Shown here piece by piece: positions 55,920-64,000 of a stretch of 64,000 nt of DNA. This DNA is from an uncultured Victivallales bacterium. GTDB taxonomy: Bacteria; Verrucomicrobiota; Kiritimatiellia; UBA8416; CAYOBW01. The notes beneath the pieces are model-generated. The model was not told where the DNA came from. It did not search any database and saw only the letters and a program-made list of their open reading frames with translations. The first letter of the stretch is position 1. Each line of letters starts with the position of its first letter. The stretch covers positions 3,303 to 67,302 of the forward strand of contig CAYOBW010000006.1 of the NCBI GenBank assembly GCA_964402115.1, given 5' to 3'. The position numbers were made by a program, and so were the translations under genes.

Positions 55920-56339
55920 ATGGCCACAGCCAAACGCAAGATGATGGTCGAGGGAGTCAAGCTGGAGATGACGCCGATGATCGACGTCGTCTTCCAGTTG
56001 CTGATCTTCTTCCTGGTGACGCTGAAACAGGAGGACATTCTGGGGCGGTTGGAGATCTCCCGGCCGGCACCGGGCGCCAGCAAGCCCGAGGAACAGGTCA
56101 AACTGTTCGAGGTTATTGTCTACGACAATCGTGAACTGGGCGGCGAAGGGGTTGCCCTTCAGGGGCGGCAGATATCCTTCCGGGAGCTGGACCGGCAGGT
56201 GGCCCGGCTCTCCTCCGTCAGCAAGAGCGTCTCCGTCATCATCAAGTGTCACGGCAAGTCGCCACACTCCAACCTGATGAAGGTGCTGGATGTGTGTGCC
56301 AAGTACGACCTCAAGAACCTCGCCGTGTTCAGCTTGTAA
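55920..56339 (+). CDS. exbD: ExbD/TolR family protein, copy 2
   Basis: EMTPMIDVVFQLLIFFLVTLK plus VIIKCHGKSPHSNLMKVLDVC. Confidence 0.9.
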   Translation: MATAKRKMMVEGVKLEMTPMIDVVFQLLIFFLVTLKQEDILGRLEISRPAPGASKPEEQVKLFEVIVYDNRELGGEGVALQGRQISFRELDRQVARLSSVSKSVSVIIKCHGKSPHSNLMKVLDVCAKYDLKNLAVFSL

Positions 56340-56435
56340 AAAGCTTGGGCCTAAGACGCGGCGCGGCCCGGACGTTATAGCGAGTGACAGGGCGCAGTGG
56401 GCGCCCGCGGATGATCGTAACGGGAGCATGAAGAC

Positions 56436-58073
56436 ATGAGCGACGATCTGGTTCAACCCCCGGTGGAAGGTGTGCCGACCGGTCCCCAGGACATGGACGA
56501 GCTGAAGGCGCATTTTCACGACATGATGGAGCTCTTTGACGAGCTCTCCTTCAAAGAGAAATGGCAGCGCGTTTTCGCGGGGTTGAAACAGCCTATGGAC
56601 ACGGGCGAGCACAAGTGGGCTCGCCTGCAGATGATTCGCCTGTCGGCGCCCATTTCGGCCGTGGTCGTGCCGGCCCTCCTGTTGCTCATCATGGCTCTGG
56701 TGCCGGCGGGGAGCGGACCCGCGCGCAATGTGACCGTACAGATCGTGGACCCGGAAAAGATCGAGGAACTCGACAAGATCGAGGAGATCAAGCAGGACAT
56801 ACCCGAACCCGAGACAGAAATCACGTACGACGCCGAGGTGACCGTGGATCAGCCGGTCGTCAACGCGCCACCGACGGACTTCAGTCCGCAGCCGACCCCC
56901 GTCGATGCCGTGGCGATCGTGAAGAGCCCCGTCATCATGCGCGGCATCTACGGGAGTCGCACACCCGGCATGCGCGGCTCGTTGATGGGCCGGCACGGCG
57001 CCCCTGCCGGCACGGAGGAGGCGGTTCTCCGCGCCCTGCGCTGGCTGAAGAAGTACCAGGAATACGACGGGAAGTGGATGGCGGGCGCGGGTGGCGGCGT
57101 CAACTACTCCTCGGGCGTGCCCGCCGCCATGACCGGACTCGGACTGCTGACCTTCCTGGCCCATGGCGAGACGCCGACCTCCGAGGAGTTCGGCGAAACC
57201 GTCGAGAAAGCGATCCGTTGGCTGGCGACGAACCAGAAGGGGAACGGGCATTTCGAGGGAGCTGACGCACACGAGTACGGGCACCCGATTGCGGCTTACG
57301 CGCTCTGCGAAGCGTATGGCATGACGAAGATACCCATGCTGAAAAACGTGGCCGAGAAGGCCATCGATGTGATCATCGAGGGACAGCAGGCGGGCGGAGG
57401 CTGGAACTACAACTGCAGCAAGCCCAATCCCAAGCGCAACGACACATCCTACTCTGCCTGGTGCGGGCAGGCGCTCAAGGCCGCCAAGATGGCCGGCCTG
57501 CAGAACAAGGACCTGAAGAAGAGCATTGAAGACGGTGTGCGCGGCTACAAGGAGAACGCCGCCCAGTACGGCGGCTTCGGCTACACGGATAAAGGTTCCA
57601 CGCGATTGACCGGCGCCGGCGTTCTCTGCATGCAGCTGCTTGGCCACCAGAAGGACTCCGAGGTCCAGAGCGGCATGGGCTGGATGCGCGAGCACTCCAC
57701 CTGCAAATGGGACAAGGGCGGCAACCAGGGCGCCCGGCCGATCTACTACTGGTACTACGAAACCCAGGCATTCTTTCACCACGGTGGCGAGGACTGGAAG
57801 AAATGGAACCGGCTGTTCGCCACCGAACTGTGTCGCAACCAGAAGGTCGTGCCCAAGGCCATCGCCGGCCCGAAGGGCAGCATGGTGGATATCGGCTACT
57901 GGGAGTCGCTGACGGCCGACGAGAACTACGGCTTTACCTACAACACGACGCTGTGCGCGCTGATGCTGCAGGTCTACTACCGCTTCCTGCCGACGTACCA
58001 GACGATCAAGGAAGATGACGCGCCTGTGCTCGAGGATAAGACAGGCGACATCAAGATCGACATCAAGGCTTGA
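56436..58073 (+). CDS. TonB-like-architecture protein: N-terminal anchor, Pro-rich linker, prenyltransferase/squalene-oxidase-repeat (alpha/alpha toroid) domain
   Basis: Conserved N-terminal segment (HKWARLQMIRL), TM segment (SAVVVPALLLLIMALVP), linker (PEPETEITYDAEVTVDQPVVNAPPTDFSPQPTPVD), and a repeat-domain pattern (AVLRALRWLKKYQEYDGKW, IRWLATNQKGNGHF, QQAGGGWNY, YYWYYETQAFF). Confidence 0.75.
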   Translation: MSDDLVQPPVEGVPTGPQDMDELKAHFHDMMELFDELSFKEKWQRVFAGLKQPMDTGEHKWARLQMIRLSAPISAVVVPALLLLIMALVPAGSGPARNVTVQIVDPEKIEELDKIEEIKQDIPEPETEITYDAEVTVDQPVVNAPPTDFSPQPTPVDAVAIVKSPVIMRGIYGSRTPGMRGSLMGRHGAPAGTEEAVLRALRWLKKYQEYDGKWMAGAGGGVNYSSGVPAAMTGLGLLTFLAHGETPTSEEFGETVEKAIRWLATNQKGNGHFEGADAHEYGHPIAAYALCEAYGMTKIPMLKNVAEKAIDVIIEGQQAGGGWNYNCSKPNPKRNDTSYSAWCGQALKAAKMAGLQNKDLKKSIEDGVRGYKENAAQYGGFGYTDKGSTRLTGAGVLCMQLLGHQKDSEVQSGMGWMREHSTCKWDKGGNQGARPIYYWYYETQAFFHHGGEDWKKWNRLFATELCRNQKVVPKAIAGPKGSMVDIGYWESLTADENYGFTYNTTLCALMLQVYYRFLPTYQTIKEDDAPVLEDKTGDIKIDIKA

Positions 58074-58093
58074 GCTGAACGTCGTCCTCTCGC

Positions 58094-58135
58094 AAAACCC
58101 CCGCGCCGCCGAGCGTCGCGGGGGTTTTGCTTTTG
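58094..58135 (+). terminator. rho-independent terminator
   Basis: AAAACCCCCGCG (58094-58105), an 11-nt loop, CGCGGGGGTTTT (58117-58128), then GCTTTTGTT. Confidence 0.8.
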
Positions 58136-58245
58136 TTCAGCCTCGCGCCCCCCTCCAGTCTCTAATAAACCGGGCCGACCGGGCGTTGCGTCATGTAAAG
58201 GGACCGACGCAGCGTGCGCCGGTCCGCCAGCCTGGAGGTGTGCCG

Positions 58246-58659
58246 ATGAAGCTGCTCAACCGCCGCACAGGGCGCCGCGCAACGGACCCGCGACTCGACA
58301 TGACGCCGATGATCGACGTCGTCTTCCAACTCCTGATCTTCTTCCTGGTGACGCTCAAGCAGGAGGACCTGTACGCCATGCTCGCGGCCGCCAGGCCGCA
58401 GGCGGGCGGCGGACCCGCGGTGGAGCTGGTCGAAATCGCGATCAGGGGCACGGCGGATGGCCGCGAAGCGCTGACGCTGCTCGGGCGGTCCGTCACGCTG
58501 GAGGAGCTCGACGCGCACCTGCGCGCGCTGGGGCGGATCAGCACGCGCGTGCCCGTCGTCATTCGGTGCGAGGGCGGTTCGCGCCACGGCTCGCTGATGC
58601 AGGTGCTGGATGCCTGCCGCGCCAATCGTTTCGAGCGCCTGTCCGTGTTCAGCCAGTAA
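58246..58659 (+). CDS. exbD: ExbD/TolR family protein, copy 3
   Basis: DMTPMIDVVFQLLIFFLVTLK and VVIRCEGGSRHGSLMQVLDAC. GGAGGTG ribosome-binding site. Start set at MKLLNRR, not the ORF-track start at 58015. Confidence 0.85.
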   Translation: MKLLNRRTGRRATDPRLDMTPMIDVVFQLLIFFLVTLKQEDLYAMLAAARPQAGGGPAVELVEIAIRGTADGREALTLLGRSVTLEELDAHLRALGRISTRVPVVIRCEGGSRHGSLMQVLDACRANRFERLSVFSQ

Positions 58660-58749
58660 GCCCGCCGCCCTAATAAAAACATATACGCAGGCGTGTACCC
58701 TGGTGAAGGCGGGGAACACAGGGAGGCCTTACTTGAAGGGGAGGCCGAC

Positions 58750-60381
58750 ATGCAGACGGACGCGCCGCACAACGAGCCGGCAACAACGGCGATCGACGAG
58801 TTGGAAGCGCACTTCCACACGCTGGACGAGCTGTTCGTGGAACCGGGCGTGATGGAGAAGTGGCGGCGCGTCTGGCTGGGGCTGCAGCGGCCCGCGGACA
58901 CGGGGGACCACAAGTGGGCGCGCCTGCAGGTGCAGCGGCTGGCGGCGCCGCTGCTGGCGGTTGCCGTGCCGCTTCTCTTGCTGCTGTTGCTTTGCCTTGT
59001 ACCAACTGAACGGGCAGCGCCTGTTGGCGGGTTCATGGATGTGACACGCGACGCCTCTTCGTTGCCCGAGCCGTTGGATCCGGTGGCTCCGCCCGAGCCC
59101 CTGCCCGTGCCGGAGCTGCCGGATGTGACCACGGCGGGGGCAGACGTTCCTGCGGGGGATATCGGTGGTACGGCGTCCGATCCCACGCCGCTGCCGGCGC
59201 AAGCCCCGCGGGGGCCGATTCTGGGGGGCAGCACGACGATTCGCAGCCTGCCCAGGCTGCGGGGGCCCTACAGCAGCCGCCCGGGTCCCGATGGCCCGGG
59301 CCCTGTGGGCGCGGGCGGGGACGACGCCGTGCTGCGCGCCCTGCGCTGGCTCAAGCTGCACCAGGAACCGGACGGCTGCTGGCGCAGCGGCTCCGGCGGC
59401 GGGGAAGCCTACGGCGGCGGAGTGCCGGCGGCGATGACGGCGTTTGCGGTGCTCGCGTACCTGGGGCATGGGGAGACCCCGGTCTCCGCGGAGTTTGGCG
59501 GGACGGTTGAACAGGCGCTGCGGTGGCTGGTCGTGCATCAGCAGCCCGACGGGCGGTTCGAGGGTAGCGACCCTCACGCCTACGCGCAGCCGATTGCGGC
59601 CTATGCACTGTGCGAGGCGTTCACGATGACCCGCATTCCGCTGCTGAAGGATGCAGCCGGGCGGGCTGTGCAGGTGCTTCTGGATGGCCAGCAGGCCAGC
59701 GGAGGGTGGACCTACAACTGCGCTCGCCCTGCTGACCCCCGCAACGACCTTTCGTATGGCGGCTGGTGTGTCCAGGCGCTGAAGGCCGCCCTGATGGCGG
59801 GATTGGATCGGTCCGGCGTGGACGATGCGCTGAAGCGAGCCGTCCGCGGCGTGCAGGCCAATGCCTCACCGGCGGGCGGCTTCGGGTACACGGCGCCCGG
59901 GGAGGGGCGGCTCACGGGCGTAGGTGTCCTGTGCCTGCAGATACTGGGCCAGGGACGCGACCCGACCGTGCGCAACGGCCTGCGCTGGCTGCGCGGTCAT
60001 GCGGCCTGCCGCTGGGAGCCACAGCCTGGCCGGCCGCTTTACTACTGGTACTACGAGACCCAGGCGTTCTTCCAGGAGGGCGGGGAGGCGTGGAAGCAGT
60101 GGGACCGGCAGTTCGCCGCGCAGCTGTGCCGGAACCAGCAGGTGCTGCCGGACGCCCTGCCCGGACCGCGGGGACGGGCCGTGGCAGTGGGCTACTGGGA
60201 AACGATCGGCGCCGACGAGTCCTACGGCCGCGTATACAACACCGCGCTCTGCGCGTTGATGCTCGAAGTCTACTACCGCATCCTGCCCAGCTACAAGGAT
60301 ACGCAGGAAGCCCAGGATCCGGATTGGCACCGCCGCCGCGACCTGCCTGTCACGTTCAGCGTGGGCAGTGTGGATGCCTGA
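58750..60381 (+). CDS. paralog of the 56436-58073 protein (anchor, Pro-rich linker, prenyltransferase-repeat domain)
   Basis: Collinear with the upstream paralog: HKWARLQVQRL, AVAVPLLLLLLLCLVP, PEPLDPVAPPEPLPVPELPDV, AVLRALRWLKLHQEPDGCW, QQASGGWTY, YYWYYETQAFF, LCALMLEVYYR. Confidence 0.75.
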   Translation: MQTDAPHNEPATTAIDELEAHFHTLDELFVEPGVMEKWRRVWLGLQRPADTGDHKWARLQVQRLAAPLLAVAVPLLLLLLLCLVPTERAAPVGGFMDVTRDASSLPEPLDPVAPPEPLPVPELPDVTTAGADVPAGDIGGTASDPTPLPAQAPRGPILGGSTTIRSLPRLRGPYSSRPGPDGPGPVGAGGDDAVLRALRWLKLHQEPDGCWRSGSGGGEAYGGGVPAAMTAFAVLAYLGHGETPVSAEFGGTVEQALRWLVVHQQPDGRFEGSDPHAYAQPIAAYALCEAFTMTRIPLLKDAAGRAVQVLLDGQQASGGWTYNCARPADPRNDLSYGGWCVQALKAALMAGLDRSGVDDALKRAVRGVQANASPAGGFGYTAPGEGRLTGVGVLCLQILGQGRDPTVRNGLRWLRGHAACRWEPQPGRPLYYWYYETQAFFQEGGEAWKQWDRQFAAQLCRNQQVLPDALPGPRGRAVAVGYWETIGADESYGRVYNTALCALMLEVYYRILPSYKDTQEAQDPDWHRRRDLPVTFSVGSVDA

Positions 60382-60389
60382 GGCGGCGG

Positions 60390-61001
60390 CTACTTCGCGG
60401 CCGGAGCGGGCTTGAGAATCACGCCCTTGACGATCCAGATGAAGATTGCCAGCATGAAGAAGCCGCCGGGCGCCATGATCATGATGGCCCAGTTCTCCCA
60501 CCAGGCGCCGAGTACGGTATGTCCCCAGATCGTTCCGGCGCCAAGGAGTTCGCGGAAGAAGGCGATAATCAGCAGCACGTACGCGTAACCCACGCCCGAC
60601 GTGACACCGTCCACCAGGGAAGGCCAGGGCGGATTCGTCAGGGCGTAGGCTTCCGCCCGGCCCATGACGATGCAGTTCGTGATAATCAGTCCGACGTACG
60701 GCCCGAGCTGGCGCGAGATGTCGGGCGCCGTGGCGCGCAGGACGATGTCCACCACGATCACGTAGCAGGCGATGATCAGCACCTCGACCATCATCCGCAC
60801 GCGGCCCGGAATCCACCGGCGCAGGAGGGATACGGTCCAGCTCGACAGGCCCGTGGCGAAAATGAGTCCCAGGCACATGACCAGCGTATTCTTGAGCACG
60901 TTGGTTACGGCCAGGGTCGAGCAGATGCCCAGGATCTGCGCGAACACAGGGTTGTTGGCCCCCAGGTTGCTCAGCGTGATCTTCTTGACGGAGTCTGCCA
61001 T
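60390..61001 (-). CDS. NqrD/RnfE family membrane subunit
   Basis: NNPVFAQILGICSTLAVT, VGLIITNCIVMGRAEAYA, PSLVDGVTSGVGYAYVLLIIAFFRELLGAG. From memory this is closer to Vibrio NqrD than to E. coli RsxE. Confidence 0.85.
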   Translation of the reverse strand: MADSVKKITLSNLGANNPVFAQILGICSTLAVTNVLKNTLVMCLGLIFATGLSSWTVSLLRRWIPGRVRMMVEVLIIACYVIVVDIVLRATAPDISRQLGPYVGLIITNCIVMGRAEAYALTNPPWPSLVDGVTSGVGYAYVLLIIAFFRELLGAGTIWGHTVLGAWWENWAIMIMAPGGFFMLAIFIWIVKGVILKPAPAAK

Positions 61002-61008
61002 GGTCGTG

Positions 61009-61638
61009 TCACTTTCCCCCTGCGGCGATCAGTCCCGGCGCGTCTTTGAGAGTCTGGTTCAGCATGTCGCGCACGCCCTTGGTCGTGATCGTGGCGCCGG
61101 TGATGCCATCGAACTCGGTGGCGGCGGTGGAACGGGTGCCCTCCTTGACGAATGCGAAGGGGCCGGTCTTGCCCTTGAACTGTTCCTGGAACCAGGGCTC
61201 GACGATGCGGGCCCCGAGCCCCGGCGTTTCCTGTTGTTCCACGAACGCGACGCCGGTGCAGGCGGCCAGTTTCGCATCCAGCCCGACGACGGCCGTGATG
61301 CGGCCCCAAAGCCCGATGCCGGCTCGCAGGAAGGCGAAGCCGCGCGGCTGGCCGTTCTCCGCATCCTTGATGATCCAGTAACCCTGCCCAGCGGCAACCC
61401 GATTCGTGTCCACGGTGGCGGCGAATCGGGTCAGGACCTCCGCCCGCCCGGCTGGCACCGCCTGACCGCCGGCGGCCAGCACGGCCCGCATCATGAAGAG
61501 CGCCTCGTTCTGGCGGACCGTCTCCTTCGTCAACTGATGCAGGGCCGCCATGATGGAAATGGAAACAAGGGTGACGGCGAACATGAAGAACACGGTCCAG
61601 AGTCGCTCCTTGAGGGGGGACTTGCGGGTTGCGCTCAT
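61009..61638 (-). CDS. NqrC/RnfG family FMN-binding subunit
   Basis: N-terminal TM segment, GLWGRITAVVGLD, QQETPGLGARI, and the flavinylation motif FDGITGATITTKGV. Confidence 0.8.
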   Translation of the reverse strand: MSATRKSPLKERLWTVFFMFAVTLVSISIMAALHQLTKETVRQNEALFMMRAVLAAGGQAVPAGRAEVLTRFAATVDTNRVAAGQGYWIIKDAENGQPRGFAFLRAGIGLWGRITAVVGLDAKLAACTGVAFVEQQETPGLGARIVEPWFQEQFKGKTGPFAFVKEGTRSTAATEFDGITGATITTKGVRDMLNQTLKDAPGLIAAGGK

Positions 61639-62630
61639 GCCTCAGCCGCCTCCGGCGCCGCCCGCTTCTTCTCGATTTCCCGGATGACGTGGTCCGTGAT
61701 GGGGGCGAACAGGTTGGCCAGCAGGATGGCGAACATCGTCCCCGCCGGCCAGGAGGAGTACTTGCCGATCAGCGCCGACATGATCCCGATGAAGGCCCCA
61801 TACCACCAGCGCCCCGCGTTGGTCATGCAGGCGGACACGGGGTCGGTTGCGAAGAAAAGAAAACCGAAGAGCGTGCTGGCGGAGAGCAGGGCGGGCAGGG
61901 GCGCTGCCCCCTGGGACGTCTTCCAGATCACGGCCTGGGCCAGCAGGAAGCCCGCCGTCGCCGCCGCCACGATGCGGTAGTTGGCCGTCTGCTTCCAGAG
62001 GAGATAGGCCCCCCCCAGCAGGGCCAGCAGGGCGCTGGTGCCGCCCAGGATGCCCGGCACCCGGCCCACCAGCAACTGCAGCAGCGTGTACGAACCGGTG
62101 TGCAGCCTGTTGAGGTCCAGCCCCGGCGTGGCTTGCGTGACGGCGTCAGCCGCATAGGCCGCCAGTCCGCCCAGCGTTCCGGGCACGGGGTCCACCCAGG
62201 AGCCCGTCATGGCGGCGCCGAAGCTGACGTAGATGAACGCCCGGCCGGTCAGCGCGGGGTTGAATACGTTCTTGCCGAAGCCGCCGAAGACCATCTTCCC
62301 GAACAGCATGCCGAAGCCGATGCCCACGACGGCCATCCAGAACGGCAGGGTGGGCGGAAGGGACAGGGCGAACAGCGTGCCAGTGACGAATACGGCTGAC
62401 GAGACCGGCTGCTTCCACTGGCGCGTGAAGGCGTATTCGACGCCGTAAGCCGCGGCATTCACGAGCAGCAGCATGAGCAGGGCGCGCCAGCCGTAGAAGT
62501 AGACGGCGGCCACGATGGTGGGGACCAGCGCGAAGAGCACGCGCTGCATGGGCGCTTGCCAGTTGATCCACTTCGGCTTCGCCGGCGCCTTGGCCGGCGC
62601 CTTCGCGGATGCTTGGGTTGGTGCGGCCAT
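61635..62630 (-). CDS. NqrB/RnfD family membrane subunit
   Basis: FGGFGKNVFNPALTGRAF, flavinylation-type DAVTQATPGLD, FFATDPVSA, LANLFAPITDHV. Start set at MAAPTQ (ATG 62628-62630, GGAGA upstream). The length (~331 aa) is RnfD-like. Confidence 0.85.
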   Translation of the reverse strand: MAAPTQASAKAPAKAPAKPKWINWQAPMQRVLFALVPTIVAAVYFYGWRALLMLLLVNAAAYGVEYAFTRQWKQPVSSAVFVTGTLFALSLPPTLPFWMAVVGIGFGMLFGKMVFGGFGKNVFNPALTGRAFIYVSFGAAMTGSWVDPVPGTLGGLAAYAADAVTQATPGLDLNRLHTGSYTLLQLLVGRVPGILGGTSALLALLGGAYLLWKQTANYRIVAAATAGFLLAQAVIWKTSQGAAPLPALLSASTLFGFLFFATDPVSACMTNAGRWWYGAFIGIMSALIGKYSSWPAGTMFAILLANLFAPITDHVIREIEKKRAAPEAAEA

Positions 62631-62701
62631 CCTGGTCTCCCGAAAAACAGCCGGCAACCTAGTCAAAATGAGACCAGTTTGCAATCATATAACCGCCGGC
62701 G

Positions 62702-63991
62702 TCAGAACGACTCCAGCACCTGCCAGGCGTACATGTAGGCGAGCCCGTCGGTCTGGTTCCAGACGTCGGCGACCAGCCGCGGGTCGCCGGTGACGGCCGG
62801 CCAGTCCGGGGCGGCGCGCTCCCACGGCACGCAGGCGCCCGGCGGCGTGCGCGTGGGCCGGCCGATGGCGGCGGGCGTGCCGGTGGCTGGGGGGCGGGCG
62901 GCGGGCGGCACGGAGTGGCCGCGCGGGTAGCCGCCGTGCTCCAGCGTCGCTTCCGTCAGGGCCTGCATGTTCTCGACCCGCGCGTCGTTCTGCACGATGG
63001 CGCTGGCGTCCATGATGTACGCGCCGTCGCGGGCCGCGATGGCGAGCACCTCGCGGCACTTGGCACGCACCTGCTCCGGCGTCCCGTAGGCGAGGAGGGC
63101 GTTCGGAATGCCGCCGGAGAGGCAGAACCGCCCGCCCAGCTTCGCAAAAACCTTCGCCGGGTTGCCCTGGTCCAGGTGATACACGATGCTGTGCGCCGGC
63201 AGCTGGGCGAAAGCGTCCAGGTGGTAATCCCAGTTGCCCTCCGCGTAGAAGAGCGTCTGCCGGCCGTGCCGCCACAGCTCTTCGATGATCGGCCGCAGGG
63301 TGGGCCAGAAGATGTTGCTGAAGTGCTCGGGTTTCACCATCGGTACGCAGCTGCGGTGCATCCAGAAACCGATGGGCACCGTGCCGGTCGGGTCGGAACT
63401 GCCCAGTGCCACGGCGAACAGGTGCGGGGCCAGCGCCTCGCACGCGGCGCGCACCTTGTGCGGCTGCGTCTCCAGGTCGTCGAGCAGGCCCAGGTAGCCG
63501 CGCAGCTTGTCCGCGAGGATGTCCATGGGCGCCTTCAGGATGCCGGCAATGGCGGAGACCGTGCCCGTCTCCTGCCGCATGCGCTGGACCTGGCCGCCGA
63601 TGGAGTTGAAGTACTGCATCATCGCCATGCCGCCCTTCAGCAGCGAGAGGTTGTGCGCGGCGGTTACCGGGGCGCCCGCCGGCGCCATGGGCGCGGCCAC
63701 GCGCGGCAGCCAGACGTCGAGCAAGAACGCTGTCGGGTCGTCGATCAGCCGGTCGTACTCGTCCGCGCGCATGAAGGCGCCGTCCTCGGGCGGCTCGCGA
63801 TACTGGAAGCCGACGTCAGGGGCGATGTGCAGGCCCGGTATGGCGTAGTACTTCAGCCCGATGGCCTGCGTCAGGCCGGTCCACACCCAGACCATGTTGC
63901 AGACCATCGCGTCCCAGTCGAAGTCCGCGGCGGTGCGCAGCACGGCTTCGTACGCCTGGTTGTAGTCGTGGGTGACCTGCTGGCAGGTCAT
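62702..63991 (-). CDS. uroporphyrinogen decarboxylase (URO-D)/MtaA-like family protein
   Basis: C-terminal half pattern FYAEGNWDYHLDAFAQL...LSGGIPNALLAYGTPEQVRAKCREVL...DGAYIMDASAIVQNDARVENMQAL resembles URO-D-like methyltransferases. The frame stays open to the window edge, so the true start may lie beyond 64000. Confidence 0.55.
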   Translation of the reverse strand: MTCQQVTHDYNQAYEAVLRTAADFDWDAMVCNMVWVWTGLTQAIGLKYYAIPGLHIAPDVGFQYREPPEDGAFMRADEYDRLIDDPTAFLLDVWLPRVAAPMAPAGAPVTAAHNLSLLKGGMAMMQYFNSIGGQVQRMRQETGTVSAIAGILKAPMDILADKLRGYLGLLDDLETQPHKVRAACEALAPHLFAVALGSSDPTGTVPIGFWMHRSCVPMVKPEHFSNIFWPTLRPIIEELWRHGRQTLFYAEGNWDYHLDAFAQLPAHSIVYHLDQGNPAKVFAKLGGRFCLSGGIPNALLAYGTPEQVRAKCREVLAIAARDGAYIMDASAIVQNDARVENMQALTEATLEHGGYPRGHSVPPAARPPATGTPAAIGRPTRTPPGACVPWERAAPDWPAVTGDPRLVADVWNQTDGLAYMYAWQVLESF

Positions 63992-64000
63992 CCCGGCGTA

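Noticed and set aside
60390-62684. Calling the three genes a complete Na+-NQR or Rnf operon
   Set aside because: Only three of the six subunits are present, and the flanking genes are unrelated (a URO-D-like gene upstream and a convergent gene downstream). Motifs are mixed between the Rnf and Nqr types, so only a family-level call is justified.

Overview
GC-rich bacterial chromosomal window (about 60-65% G+C by eye). No rRNA, tRNA, CRISPR array, transposase, integrase or phage gene was recognised. All calls come from reading the supplied translations and DNA against remembered family motifs; no database search was run. Gene content suggests the PVC superphylum (Kiritimatiellota, Verrucomicrobiota or Planctomycetota-like): a DUF1559/H-X9-DG prepilin-like protein, a PEP-CTERM protein, giant LamG proteins, a TAT-signal Gfo/Idh/MocA oxidoreductase, and ExbD genes paired with prenyltransferase-repeat proteins. 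The main feature is a roughly 33-kb block of + strand genes (1754-34313). It contains, in order: a 3595-aa secreted LamG/Ig-like/coiled-coil fibre protein; an internally duplicated membrane-anchored protein; a non-canonical F-type ATPase operon (alpha, alpha', epsilon, c, b/delta, gamma, beta, with no subunit a anywhere in the window); a type II secretion / type IV filament-like gene set (GspE, F, G, I, J, K, L, M) with an embedded HExxH peptidase and no secretin or prepilin peptidase; a MORN-repeat membrane protein; and three secreted proteins, one of them PEP-CTERM. The ATPase operon and its link to the filament machinery is my best candidate for an undescribed system. The middle of the window holds housekeeping genes (dus, mutM, a radical SAM protein, a deaminase, a eukaryote-type chorismate mutase, a DHH phosphoesterase, pyrC, ApbE, an oxidoreductase). 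The right side holds a TPR / ExbB / three ExbD cluster with two TonB-like-architecture prenyltransferase-repeat proteins, an orphan Rnf/Nqr-type three-gene module, and a URO-D-like gene. Many long ORFs in the track are antisense artefacts of the high GC content and were rejected.
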